Shown piece after piece: positions 44,714 to 53,588 of a stretch of DNA of 64,000 bases (its first letter is position 1; each line of letters starts with the position of its first letter). The position numbers and the translations under genes were made by a program. The stretch is from an uncultured Azospirillum sp. GTDB lineage: Bacteria; Pseudomonadota; Alphaproteobacteria; RF32; CAG-239. The notes under the pieces are model-generated. The model searched no databases. It had not been told where the DNA came from and was given only the letters and a program-made list of their open reading frames with translations. Location of the stretch: the NCBI GenBank assembly GCA_900538765.1, contig UQAB01000004.1:2350-66349 (forward strand). The letters run 5' to 3'.

Positions 44714-44746
44714 AAAAAAACGCTGTATGATTACAGCGTTTTTTTT
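44714..44746. terminator. bidirectional terminator
   Basis: An A7 run, CGCTGTA 44721-27 / TACAGCG 44732-38, then a T8 run. Confidence 0.8.
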
Positions 44747-44966
44747 AGTCTTTATGGCGGAAAGTAATGCGGCCTTTAGTCAGGTCATAAGGTGTCATTT
44801 CAATATCGACCTTATCGCCGACCATGACTCTGATTCTGAATTTGCGCATTTTTCCCGCGGTATGGGCCAAAATTTCAACGCCGTTTTCCAAGCGGACGCG
44901 GAACATGGCATTGGGAAGTTTTTCAATTACTTCTCCTGTCAGTTCAAGAAGTTCTTCTTTACTCAT
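44745..44966 (-). CDS. infA: translation initiation factor IF-1
   Basis: [60 protein letters not shown]. Confidence 0.97.
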   Translation of the reverse strand: MSKEELLELTGEVIEKLPNAMFRVRLENGVEILAHTAGKMRKFRIRVMVGDKVDIEMTPYDLTKGRITFRHKD

Positions 44967-45041
44967 AAATTTTTCCTTAAATATTTACTGTTGTTACCTA
45001 TATAAACTATAATTTTTTTTTATGCAATGAAAAATTAAGGT

Positions 45042-46616
45042 TTAAGCGCGGGGAAGAATCATACTAAAGCGGGTTCCTTGGGCCTGGACGCTGTTTGCTT
45101 TTATGCTGCCGCCGCAGTTGTCGATAATGGATTTGACAATGGCCAGCCCCAGGCCGCTGCCGCTTCCCGGCAGGTTTGCCGTGTCGGTTGTGAAGAACGG
45201 ATCAAAAATGCGTTTGAGATTTTCTTCGCTGATGCCGTGTCCGTTATCCGTGACGTTGATTGTTATTTTTCCGGCGGGGACAGCTTTGACGTCAATGTGT
45301 AGTTTGCCATTGTCGGACATGGCTTTGAAGGCATTTTGCAACAGGTTGAGAAGGATAATGCGGAAGTCTATCTCCGGCATTTTGATATATAAATCTTTGG
45401 CCGGCAGGACAGTGTTTATCGTGATGCCGTTGCGCTTTGCTTCATAGTCCAGCAGACCGGCGATTTCCCGGATTGTGTCGTTGCAGCGGGTTTTGCATTC
45501 GTTTTGGTGTGCTTTCCGCGAAAGGCGGAGCAGTCTTTCTGGGACGTTAATGCTTTCCACCAGTTGTTTGTTAATCAGGTTTAGGTATTTTTTTTCTTCG
45601 CTGTCATCGTCTTTATTCCGGTGGTATTTGTCGAGCAGAGCTTCGACCAGCATGCGGATGGAACCGAGGTGGTTTTTCAGTTCATGGGCTACAGATGTTG
45701 CCAGGAAGCCCATGACAGATAATTTTTGCTGATGCGAAAATTTTATGTCGTTGCTTAAGTCGCGAATAGAATTGACCGTCAGTTTCTGTTTTTTTCCAAG
45801 ATTGTTTTTTATATTCAGGGGCGCGGCGTTAACGGCAAGGAGGCGGTTGTCATAAGTGATGAAAATCTGCGCGGCTTTGTCGCTGTTTTGCATAATGCTG
45901 CTGATTTGCCGGTTCAGATTTTCATCGACTTTGTTTTTCCGGCTGCCGGTGAGGCGGCGGTATTCTTTGTTGGCAATGATGATAATGCCTTGTTCGTCAA
46001 TGACATATAATGTGTCGGGAATACCGTCAATCAATGACTGGAGAAAGTTTTTCTGGTTGTTTATTTCGGCGATTTTTTCCTGAATGTTGTCGGCCATACG
46101 GTTGAAGGCCAGGGCCAGATTGTCGACTTCATCCAGAAAATGTTTGTTTTGTTTGAGCCGGACGCGCGAAGACAGGTCTCCCCGGGCGATTTTGGCGACA
46201 GTTTCCGACAAGTTATTGACCGGGATAATAATAAATCTGCGGATGAGGAAGCCTAGGGCAATCATTGACAAAACCAGCAGAAACGAATTCAGGAAAATGA
46301 TGTTTATTCCCTGTTTAATGGTTTCGTTACGGGTATTATAATTTTTTATCATTTCCGAGGCGAGGATTTTTTCTTTTGACAGTTCCTGCGTATAGCGGCT
46401 GAGGCGGTTTTTATCTGCGGCATCAAGCTTTTTTTGCAGGCGGATGTTTTCATAAAGCAGGGAGATGTATTGCTGGTTGCGGGCAAAGGTTGTGCGCTGT
46501 TCTTCCAATATCTTATTATAATAGACATTGTAAAACGTGGACAGGAAGATAACCGCGGCAATGATGAAAAAAGCGGCTATGGTATAAAGGAATTTTTTAT
46601 TGAGGCTGAAAAACAT
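45042..46616 (-). CDS. sensor histidine kinase (2 TM, HAMP, PAS-like, HisKA, HATPase_c); no adjacent response regulator
   Basis: H-box SVAHELKNHLGSIR, N-box LLNLLQNAFKA, G-boxes DNGHGI and GSGLGLAIV. Confidence 0.85.
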   Translation of the reverse strand: MFFSLNKKFLYTIAAFFIIAAVIFLSTFYNVYYNKILEEQRTTFARNQQYISLLYENIRLQKKLDAADKNRLSRYTQELSKEKILASEMIKNYNTRNETIKQGINIIFLNSFLLVLSMIALGFLIRRFIIIPVNNLSETVAKIARGDLSSRVRLKQNKHFLDEVDNLALAFNRMADNIQEKIAEINNQKNFLQSLIDGIPDTLYVIDEQGIIIIANKEYRRLTGSRKNKVDENLNRQISSIMQNSDKAAQIFITYDNRLLAVNAAPLNIKNNLGKKQKLTVNSIRDLSNDIKFSHQQKLSVMGFLATSVAHELKNHLGSIRMLVEALLDKYHRNKDDDSEEKKYLNLINKQLVESINVPERLLRLSRKAHQNECKTRCNDTIREIAGLLDYEAKRNGITINTVLPAKDLYIKMPEIDFRIILLNLLQNAFKAMSDNGKLHIDVKAVPAGKITINVTDNGHGISEENLKRIFDPFFTTDTANLPGSGSGLGLAIVKSIIDNCGGSIKANSVQAQGTRFSMILPRA

Positions 46617-46710
46617 GCAAATTATTTCCTGGAGCGCGATGACGTTAGCTATTATTTAATAAAATAGAAATAAGTTAAGAAATATATAAAATCAATTTAG
46701 AAGAATAACG

Positions 46711-46944
46711 ATGGACAAGCAAAAGAATTTTGATTTCGGTTATGAAATCCCCGCCGAATTTGAGGCAGAACTCTCTTCCTGGAATGATCGGGACGTTGCC
46801 TTTATCAAGAGCGATTATCAAAACGGTAAAGATATGTGGCTGATTTATGCCGCGGATGGCACCAAGCTGGCGACGACCGACAATCGCGATTATGCTTTTA
46901 TTGTGGCTAAGCAGAATAATTTGACTCCCCGCAGTGTTCATTAG
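46711..46944 (+). CDS. DUF1150 family protein
   Basis: LIYAADGTKLATTDNRDYAFIVAKQNNLTPRSVH matches the DUF1150 C-terminal pattern (ADGTxLAxxDxRxxAFxxARxNxLxPxSVH). Confidence 0.65.
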   Translation: MDKQKNFDFGYEIPAEFEAELSSWNDRDVAFIKSDYQNGKDMWLIYAADGTKLATTDNRDYAFIVAKQNNLTPRSVH

Positions 46945-46947
46945 GGG

Positions 46948-47050
46948 GAGCTTGCTTTTTGGGTATCATACTTGTGATTTTTCTTCTTATGTACTTCAGT
47001 TGTACACCGCGTCGAAAAATCACGGCGTAGCATACTCAAAAATCAAGCTC
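46948..47050 (+). other. ~100-nt extended imperfect hairpin (candidate 3'UTR structure, sRNA or REP-like element)
   Basis: GAGCTTG 46948-54 / CAAGCTC 47044-50; TTTTTGGGTAT 46956-66 / ATACTCAAAAA 47032-42 (one G-T pair); GTGATTTTTC 46974-83 / GAAAAATCAC 47014-23; apical GTAC 46991-94 / GTAC 47002-05. Confidence 0.4.
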
Positions 47051-47067
47051 TTGGATGGTTTATTGGC

Positions 47068-47093
47068 AAAGGCTCGGAAAAATCCGAGCCTTT
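47068..47093. terminator. terminator-like hairpin at the lepA 3' end
   Basis: AAAGGCTCGGA 47068-78 / TCCGAGCCTTT 47083-93. The flanking T run is weak. Confidence 0.5.
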
Positions 47094-47096
47094 GTG

Positions 47097-48902
47097 TTAA
47101 TTATCGCCGATGCGGAGGGCTTCAATAAATGCCGATTGCGGTACTTCGACTTTGCCGAACTGGCGCATTCGCTGTTTGCCTTTCTTTTGTTTATCCAACA
47201 GTTTGCGTTTGCGGGTGATGTCGCCGCCGTAGCATTTTGCAGTCACGTCTTTACGCATGGCAGAGATGGTTTCGCGGGCAACGACTTTGCCGCCAATAGC
47301 CGCCTGAATCGGAATTTTGAACAGGTGCCGCGGGATGAGGTCTTTTAAGCGTTCGCAAATCTGGCGGCCGCGGGATTCCGCTTCTTCGCGGTGGCAGAGG
47401 AAAGCGAGGGCGTCGACCGGTTCTTCGTTAATCAGGATTTGCACTTTTACCAAATCAGACACTTCATAGCCGATAAGCTCGTAGTCAAAGCTGGCGTAAC
47501 CGCTGGAGATAGATTTCAGGCGGTCGTAGAAGTCAAAGACAATTTCATTCAGCGGGATTTTGTAGACAACCATGGCGCGGCTGCCGGCATAGGTCAGGTC
47601 TTCCTGTTCGCCGCGGCGTTCGGTGCAGAGTTTCAACACGCTGCCGAGATATTCATCGGGGACGAGAATCGTGGCGCGTACCATGGGCTCCTCAATGCTG
47701 GCGATTTTGGTTGTTTCCGGCATATCGGCAGGATTGTGGAGGGTTATCTGTGTGCCGTCGGTCATGTTGATTTTATAAGCAACGGACGGTGCGGTAGTGA
47801 TTAAGTCCAGGTCAAATTCACGGCTCAAACGCTCCTGGATGATTTCCATATGCAGCAAGCCGAGGAAACCGCAACGAAAACCGAGGCCGAGAGCGGCGGA
47901 GTTTTCGTTTTGGTAATCAATACTGGCGTCGTTCAGCTTAAGCTTGGCCAAGGCGTCTTTCAATAAGCCGTAGACACTGCTGTCAACCGGAAAAATGGAA
48001 CAGAAAACGACCGGGATTGAGGGCTTGAAGCCGGGAAGCGCCTGAGTACAGGGATTTTTGTTGTCGGTAATGGTATCGCCGACATGACAGTCGCTAACGC
48101 TTTTGATGCTGGCGGTAATGAAGCCGACCTCGCCGGGGCGGAGTTCTTCGACGTCCTGCATTTTTGGGGTAAAAATACCGACCTTATCAATGGTATAAAC
48201 TGCGTTATTGGACATCATGCGGATTTGCATTTTTTTGCGGATAATGCCGTCATGAATCCGAACCAGAATGATGACGCCGAGATAGCTGTCATACCAACTG
48301 TCAATCAGCAAGGCTTTCAGCGGCGCATCTACATTGCCGACAGGCGCCGGCAGGCGGGTGACGACGGCTTCAATGAGATTGTCAACGCCGAGTCCGGTTT
48401 TTCCCGATGTTTCGACGGCTTCAGATGCGTCTATGCCGATAACATCTTCTATTTGTTTTTTGACACGTTCCGGATCAGCCGAGGGCAGGTCAATTTTGTT
48501 TAAGACCGGGACGATTTCATGATTGTTATTAATTGCCAGATAGACATTGGCCAGCGTTTGCGCTTCAACCCCTTGAGTGGCGTCGACAACCAGAACGGAA
48601 CCTTCGCAGGAGGCGAGGGAGCGTGATACTTCATAAGAAAAGTCAACGTGTCCCGGCGTGTCAATCAGGTTGAGCTGGTAGGTTTTGCCGTCTTTGGCCT
48701 TATAATTTAAGCGGACGGTCTGGGCTTTGATGGTGATGCCGCGTTCGCGTTCAATGTCCATGGAATCGAGAACCTGTTCCTGCATTTCGCGTTGCTGCAG
48801 GCCGCCGCAAAATTCGATAATGCGGTCGGCGAGGGTTGATTTGCCGTGGTCGATGTGGGCGATGATTGCAAAATTACGGATTAAACTTAAGTCTGTAGCC
48901 AT
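47097..48902 (-). CDS. lepA: elongation factor 4 (LepA)
   Basis: [37 protein letters not shown]. LepA C-terminal domain ending ...[10 protein letters not shown]. Confidence 0.97.
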   Translation of the reverse strand: MATDLSLIRNFAIIAHIDHGKSTLADRIIEFCGGLQQREMQEQVLDSMDIERERGITIKAQTVRLNYKAKDGKTYQLNLIDTPGHVDFSYEVSRSLASCEGSVLVVDATQGVEAQTLANVYLAINNNHEIVPVLNKIDLPSADPERVKKQIEDVIGIDASEAVETSGKTGLGVDNLIEAVVTRLPAPVGNVDAPLKALLIDSWYDSYLGVIILVRIHDGIIRKKMQIRMMSNNAVYTIDKVGIFTPKMQDVEELRPGEVGFITASIKSVSDCHVGDTITDNKNPCTQALPGFKPSIPVVFCSIFPVDSSVYGLLKDALAKLKLNDASIDYQNENSAALGLGFRCGFLGLLHMEIIQERLSREFDLDLITTAPSVAYKINMTDGTQITLHNPADMPETTKIASIEEPMVRATILVPDEYLGSVLKLCTERRGEQEDLTYAGSRAMVVYKIPLNEIVFDFYDRLKSISSGYASFDYELIGYEVSDLVKVQILINEEPVDALAFLCHREEAESRGRQICERLKDLIPRHLFKIPIQAAIGGKVVARETISAMRKDVTAKCYGGDITRKRKLLDKQKKGKQRMRQFGKVEVPQSAFIEALRIGDN

Positions 48903-49045
48903 CTTTATCTTTCTTGATTAGTGATTATTTAAGTTAATAGATAGTGTAAAAAATGTTTTTAGGCAATACAATTTGTGTTGTGTGAGGCTAAAAAATATGC
49001 TTAAATGAAAGACAAGCATATAATTATATTCGGAGGAGGCACAAA

Positions 49046-49483
49046 ATGAGGAAAATGGTTGATGTTCAGTTCGGATCATCGCGCTATGACGCGCTGGTGG
49101 AACTGCGTTATAAAGTGCTGTTGGAACCTCTGGGGTTAAAGTTTTTGGATATGCACCGTCAGCAGGAAGTCAATTATCTGCATATCGGCTGCGTTGAGCA
49201 GCTTGACGATAAGTTGGTCGGCGGGTTGATTTTGGCGCCGATTGACAATGATGATATCCGTATGATGCAGGTGGCCGTCGATACAAAATATCAGGGTGAA
49301 GGAATCGGGCGGGAACTGGTGAAGTATGCCGAAAAGCGCGCGAAAGAAGCCGGTTATCATCGTTTGATTATGCACGCAATGCTGTCGGTTGTCGGTTTTT
49401 ATGAACATCTTGGTTTTCATCAGGAAGGCGATATTTTTCCCGAGAACGGTATTACGTTTGCCAAGATGGTTAAGGATTTATAG
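49046..49483 (+). CDS. GNAT family N-acetyltransferase
   Basis: QVAVDTKYQGEGIGRELVKYAE (acetyl-CoA motif A). SD GGAGGAGG lies upstream. Confidence 0.85.
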   Translation: MRKMVDVQFGSSRYDALVELRYKVLLEPLGLKFLDMHRQQEVNYLHIGCVEQLDDKLVGGLILAPIDNDDIRMMQVAVDTKYQGEGIGRELVKYAEKRAKEAGYHRLIMHAMLSVVGFYEHLGFHQEGDIFPENGITFAKMVKDL

Positions 49484-49502
49484 CTGCTTGTGTTTTTTGA
49501 AT

Positions 49503-49536
49503 GCCGTCAGGTATGGCCTGACGGCTTTTGTTTTTT
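49503..49536 (+). terminator. intrinsic terminator
   Basis: GCCGTCAGG 49503-11 / CCTGACGGC 49517-25, then TTTTGTTTTTT. Confidence 0.8.
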
Positions 49537-49574
49537 GCTTGCTTCACATATTCCCTTGTGTTATCTTGAAGTTA

Positions 49575-49778
49575 AGCGGCGGAGTTTGTCGCTGAGGGCG
49601 TGACAACCCTTTATAAAAGCAGTCGTTATGCATAATGGCGACTTAAAATAAGTATATGCTGATATCTGTCTACAGTGCTAGAGACGGATGTCGGCTGAAT
49701 AAGGCTCTGCCGAATAAGTCGAGCCGTTTGCTTTTATACGGTTGTCAACATCCGTCCTCCTTCGCGGGAGGATTTTTT
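49575..49778 (+). promoter_or_regulatory. candidate structured 5' leader RNA (riboswitch- or attenuator-like) ending in an intrinsic terminator
   Basis: Putative promoter TTGCTT 49539-44, N17, TGtTATCTT 49559-67. Helix A: 49601-08/49740-47 plus 49612-21/49729-38 (18 bp). Helix B: 49683-91/49748-56 (9 bp), which crosses helix A. Terminator TCCTCC 49755-60 / GGAGGA 49767-72 plus T6. ATG at 49808. Confidence 0.4.
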
Positions 49779-49807
49779 GTTTTAATCAAAAACAAGGATG
49801 ATTTGAC

Positions 49808-50602
49808 ATGAATGTTAATCTTAAATTTTTACTCTGCGGGGCAGCTGTGTGGTTGTTTCCGCAATATGCTGCGGCACAATGCGCGGTTACCGATTGTCTG
49901 CAATTAGGCTATACATCGTTAAAATCATGTACGGGCGGGTTGAAATGTCCGTTCGGCGAATACTGGGCTTGCCCGGAAGTTGAAGAAAAGGCTGTTCTCG
50001 GCGAATGTACCGGTTATGCCAAAAACTGTGCTATTGGGCAGATATTAAACAGCGATGGAACTTGTTCAAATGATAAAGTCAGTGGCAAAACGCCGATTGC
50101 TGTTGTTGTTTACATAGGGAGTGACAACTGCGGCTATGCCATGACTGCCAGTCCGATTGCGACAGGTGTAGCATGGTCTACGAGCTCTATTGATATTTCA
50201 GGTTTACCAAATTATGCAGGGATGTCGGCAGCAGAGAAAGATTTTGATGTTATTGGGAATATGCAAAAGATAATTCAAGAGGGAAATTCCAATGCTTATC
50301 CGGCGGCCTGGACTGCGGTAAATTATGCACCGAGTACCGCTCCAGAAACAAAGGGGAAATGGGTATTACCATCGGCAGGGGTGCTTTATAAGTTAGACAC
50401 TAATATAGACACAATAAACAACACCATATCCAAACTTGGCGGCCAACAAATAACAGGTTACAAGAAGTATATTTGGTCGTCGTCAGAAAATTCCAGGAGC
50501 CATGTTTGGGCCTTTTGTAGCAGTTCTGCTTTTGTAATTGAAGCTGTCATTAAAAGCTACAGCGGTAGCTCCTATCAAGTATGGCCAGTGATTGAGTTTT
50601 AA
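49808..50602 (+). CDS. secreted Cys-rich protein with DUF1566-like C-terminal domain
   Basis: Signal peptide MNVNLKFLLCGAAVWLFPQYAAA. 8 Cys in the first ~65 mature residues. KWVLPSAGVLYKL and YIWSSSENSRSHVWAF resemble the DUF1566 WxLPxxxEL and YWSSxxxxxxxAW motifs. Confidence 0.5.
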   Translation: MNVNLKFLLCGAAVWLFPQYAAAQCAVTDCLQLGYTSLKSCTGGLKCPFGEYWACPEVEEKAVLGECTGYAKNCAIGQILNSDGTCSNDKVSGKTPIAVVVYIGSDNCGYAMTASPIATGVAWSTSSIDISGLPNYAGMSAAEKDFDVIGNMQKIIQEGNSNAYPAAWTAVNYAPSTAPETKGKWVLPSAGVLYKLDTNIDTINNTISKLGGQQITGYKKYIWSSSENSRSHVWAFCSSSAFVIEAVIKSYSGSSYQVWPVIEF

Positions 50603-50608
50603 TTAGAG

Positions 50609-50637
50609 AAAAGCCTTGGAAGATTCCAAGGCTTTTT
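50609..50637. terminator. bidirectional terminator
   Basis: AAAAGCCTTGG / CCAAGGCTTTT palindromic stem with A and T flanks. Confidence 0.75.
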
Positions 50638-50643
50638 GATTGT

Positions 50644-51975
50644 TTACGGCAGGAGCGGCGACCAGGCCGGGTCGGATGCGTCCGCAGGGGTGACGACCAT
50701 TCTTTCGTTGTAACCGGTCAGGTCTATGGTGTAGAGTTTGACCGGCGCATTTTTGCGGGCGGAGCCTCTTTCCTGACGGAAGTACATCAGCACGCGGCCA
50801 TTGGGCGACCAGACCGGCGCTTCGACCAGATAGCCGTTGGCGAGCAGGCGTTCGCCGGTTCCGTCAGGATACATGACGCCGATGTAAAACTGGCCGTTGG
50901 CCATTTTGGTAAAGGCGATATAGTCGCCGCGCGGTGACCAGACCGGCGTGGCGTAGCGTCCGGAACCATGGCTGATACGGTGGATGTTGCTGCCGTCGGC
51001 ATCCATAACATAGAGCTGCTGATTGCCGCCGCGGTCGGAGTTGAAGACAATCTGTTTACCGTCGGGCGAATAGCTCGGCGAGGTGTCAATGGCGTTGGAG
51101 TTGGTAATGCGTTTGGCTTTGTAGGTACGCAAATCCATTTCATAAATATTGGTTTTGCCATCATTGGCATAGCTGAGCAGCAGTTTTTGACTGTCCGGGG
51201 AAAAGACCGGCGCAAAGGTCATGCCGGGGAAGTTGCCGATGAGGTTTTGTTGTCCGGTTTCAATATCAAGAAGGTATACCTTCGGAATGGTGCCGGAGTA
51301 TGACATATAAGTGATTTTTTGCAGATTGGGCGAGAAACGCGGGGTTAAAACCAACGAGGCGCCGGAAGTCAGGAATTTATGGTTTTCGCCGTCCTGATCC
51401 ATAATTGCCAGGCGTTTGACGCGGCGGGTGGCCGGGCCGTTTTCGGAAACGTAGACAATACGGGTGTCGAAGTAGCCTTTTTCACCGGTCAGGCGCTCAT
51501 AAATGGCGTCGGCAATGACGTGGGCAATGCGGCGCCAGTTGTCTTTGGTGGTGGTGAAAGACTGGCCTTTCATCTGGTTTTCGGCGTAGACGTCCCAGAG
51601 GCGCATTTCGACTTTCAGGTTTTGCATATTGACTTCGCTGATGGCGCTTTGTACCAGAGCGTGTGCGTTAATGGCTTTCCAATCGGTAAAGTTCGGTTGT
51701 TCGTTGATGGATTTCAATTCCTGAATGTAGCTGTTGTCGGGAATGATACGGAACAGGCCGGAACGTTCCAGGTCGGCGATGACAACTTCACGAATCCGTT
51801 CACCGTAATCTTCGGCAGACGGGGTACTGCTGATTATTTCCGGGAAAGCGAGCGGCAAGGGGTCGCGCACGGCGCCGTTGACGTCAATCTGCAGTTCGGC
51901 ACGAGCCGGAAGCGCAAAGACAGCGATGAGCAAAAATGCCAGGATGCTGCGTAATTTCATGAAGTTTCTCCGCAT
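50644..51975 (-). CDS. tolB: Tol-Pal system beta-propeller protein TolB
   Basis: Signal peptide, TolB N-domain, repeated PxxSPDG / PxWSP propeller blades ([44 protein letters not shown]). Confidence 0.92.
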   Translation of the reverse strand: MRRNFMKLRSILAFLLIAVFALPARAELQIDVNGAVRDPLPLAFPEIISSTPSAEDYGERIREVVIADLERSGLFRIIPDNSYIQELKSINEQPNFTDWKAINAHALVQSAISEVNMQNLKVEMRLWDVYAENQMKGQSFTTTKDNWRRIAHVIADAIYERLTGEKGYFDTRIVYVSENGPATRRVKRLAIMDQDGENHKFLTSGASLVLTPRFSPNLQKITYMSYSGTIPKVYLLDIETGQQNLIGNFPGMTFAPVFSPDSQKLLLSYANDGKTNIYEMDLRTYKAKRITNSNAIDTSPSYSPDGKQIVFNSDRGGNQQLYVMDADGSNIHRISHGSGRYATPVWSPRGDYIAFTKMANGQFYIGVMYPDGTGERLLANGYLVEAPVWSPNGRVLMYFRQERGSARKNAPVKLYTIDLTGYNERMVVTPADASDPAWSPLLP

Positions 51976-52026
51976 AAAAAGTTTTTTTAGTGTTAAAAAT
52001 ATATATGAATATAGTTAATATATCAT

Positions 52027-52058
52027 AAAAAACCATGCGTTTATTGAGAAACGCATGG
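52027..52058 (-). terminator. intrinsic terminator (minus strand) between the small ORF and tolB
   Basis: CCATGCGTTT 52033-42 / AAACGCATGG 52049-58 (10 bp). The plus-strand A6 at 52027-32 gives a U run on the minus strand. Confidence 0.7.
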
Positions 52059-52316
52059 TCTGGGAGAGAGAAAACGGCTGATTTTTTCACTGACAATGTC
52101 AAAGGAAAGTTCTTTCAGTTCTTCTTTAACCTCAATGTAAGACATGCCGTTGATAATTTCGCGTAGTTTGGACGCTTGTCTTAAAACGAACTTTTTTCGC
52201 AGTTCTTTCATCAGTTTACGACGGTGGCTTTTAACATAGGTTTCTATGAACAGAACTAAAAGCAGCGTAAAACACAAGGCAGCGCCAAGCAACATGAATG
52301 TTAATTCTTTTTCCAT
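52041..52316 (-). CDS. hypothetical single-TM protein (91 aa)
   Basis: TM FMLLGAALCFTLLLVLFI followed by a Lys/Arg/Glu-rich helix. The 3' end lies inside the terminator stem. The coding status is uncertain. Confidence 0.35.
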   Translation of the reverse strand: MEKELTFMLLGAALCFTLLLVLFIETYVKSHRRKLMKELRKKFVLRQASKLREIINGMSYIEVKEELKELSFDIVSEKISRFLSPRPCVSQ

Positions 52317-52411
52317 AACAAAATAATTTGAAGTTTATAATTGTAATTTAGCGGTTTTATTGATAACTTACAGTCAGTTATTTGTCAATATTTATAAGGC
52401 GGAATTTTCAG

Positions 52412-52870
52412 GTGGATATTCAGGAATTTAAAGCGCAGCTTAAGCCTTATCAGGCGATTATCGGTTTTGATTACGGCAGCAAAAGGCTTGGGGTTGCCGT
52501 TTCTGATTTGTTGCGGATGACGGCGACGCCGTATAAAATTCTGCAACGGACTAATCTGGATACGGATATTCAGGAGATTAAAAACATTATCCGCGAAAAA
52601 GAAGTCGGAGCAATGGTTTTCGGGCTGCCGCTTCAAATGAACGGCGAGGAGGGCGATATTGCCGGAGAGGTACGTGCTTTTGCGGCAAAATTACAGGAAG
52701 CGACGGGGTTGCCCTGTTTGTTTTGGGATGAACGCCTGTCATCTTCCGCGGTGGAGAGCTTTTTGATTAAAGAAGCGGATTTGTCGCGCGCCAAGCGCAA
52801 GAAAGTTCTGGACGCCGGCGCGGCGGCTTATATTCTGCAGGGCGCACTTGACCGTTTGGGGCTTATGTAA
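52412..52870 (+). CDS. ruvX: Holliday junction resolvase-like nuclease RuvX (YqgF)
   Basis: IIGFDYGSKRLGVAVSD and DERLSS motifs. There is no in-frame ATG near the N-terminus. GTG 52412 is preferred; the listed ORF uses TTG 52382. Confidence 0.85.
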   Translation: MDIQEFKAQLKPYQAIIGFDYGSKRLGVAVSDLLRMTATPYKILQRTNLDTDIQEIKNIIREKEVGAMVFGLPLQMNGEEGDIAGEVRAFAAKLQEATGLPCLFWDERLSSSAVESFLIKEADLSRAKRKKVLDAGAAAYILQGALDRLGLM

Positions 52871-53579
52871 GAGGCGGATAGGCTTCGGCGACACGGCCGA
52901 GCATTTTCAGAAACTGCGGATTTTGCATAAAATCGAAATTATCCGGCAGGACATGGTTGAGCAGGTGCGTAATGTCAAAATCCGGGGTGATAAACTGTGG
53001 TGCAAAACGCCGGCAGAAGGCACAGGCGGATGCTTGGGTTTGTTCTATTGTTTCCGTTAGATAGCCAATCCGGGCGAGTTGTGCTTTTATTGTTGTTGGC
53101 TGTTCTTGTTGTCTTTTATCGGGCCAGATGCCGAGCCCTTGTTGCGCCAGTTCTCTCCATGGAAAACAAATTCCCGGGTCGGGCTTTCTGTCCGGTGACG
53201 AATCCGAATGTCCGATAATGTTTTCGGGACGAATGCCGTAACGGTGAATTATGTTCCGACTGAGGTTGATTAGGGCTGAAATTTGCCGCGGCGCATAAGG
53301 GGTTTGTCCTAAAGTTTGGTTTTGCAGTTCTATGCCGACTGAGCGGGCGTTTATGGTCGCTTTTCCGCGCCAGAATCCTTTTCCGGCATGGTAAGCGCAT
53401 TTGTCCTCTGGAACGAGGCTGGTGATTTCACCGTCTTCGGCAATAAAGTAGTGGGCGCTGGTTTTATATTCGTGCATCCAGCGGCAGAACTGTTCAAGGT
53501 CAAAAGCATTGCAATGAAAAACCAAAAGCTCGACTGGTGCACAGCGTTCTTCAAAATAGGGCAAAAATTGTTCCGGCAT
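52863..53579 (-). CDS. N-acetylmuramoyl-L-alanine amidase, AmpD-like (Amidase_2)
   Basis: SAHYFIAEDGEI, AYHAG, SVGIELQN, IIGHSDSSPDRKPDPG. Confidence 0.8.
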   Translation of the reverse strand: MPEQFLPYFEERCAPVELLVFHCNAFDLEQFCRWMHEYKTSAHYFIAEDGEITSLVPEDKCAYHAGKGFWRGKATINARSVGIELQNQTLGQTPYAPRQISALINLSRNIIHRYGIRPENIIGHSDSSPDRKPDPGICFPWRELAQQGLGIWPDKRQQEQPTTIKAQLARIGYLTETIEQTQASACAFCRRFAPQFITPDFDITHLLNHVLPDNFDFMQNPQFLKMLGRVAEAYPPLT

Positions 53580-53588
53580 GGTTTTATC

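Noticed and set aside
49591-49611. GCUGAGGGCGUGACAACCCUUU vaguely recalls the TPP-riboswitch CUGAGA...ACCCUUU segment and the ZTP GGGUCGUGAC segment.
   Set aside because: The remaining conserved blocks are absent from the leader. TPP would need ACCUGAUCUGGAUAAUGCCAGCG, and ZTP would need ACUGGCG and CCGCCUGGG. No known class is therefore assigned.
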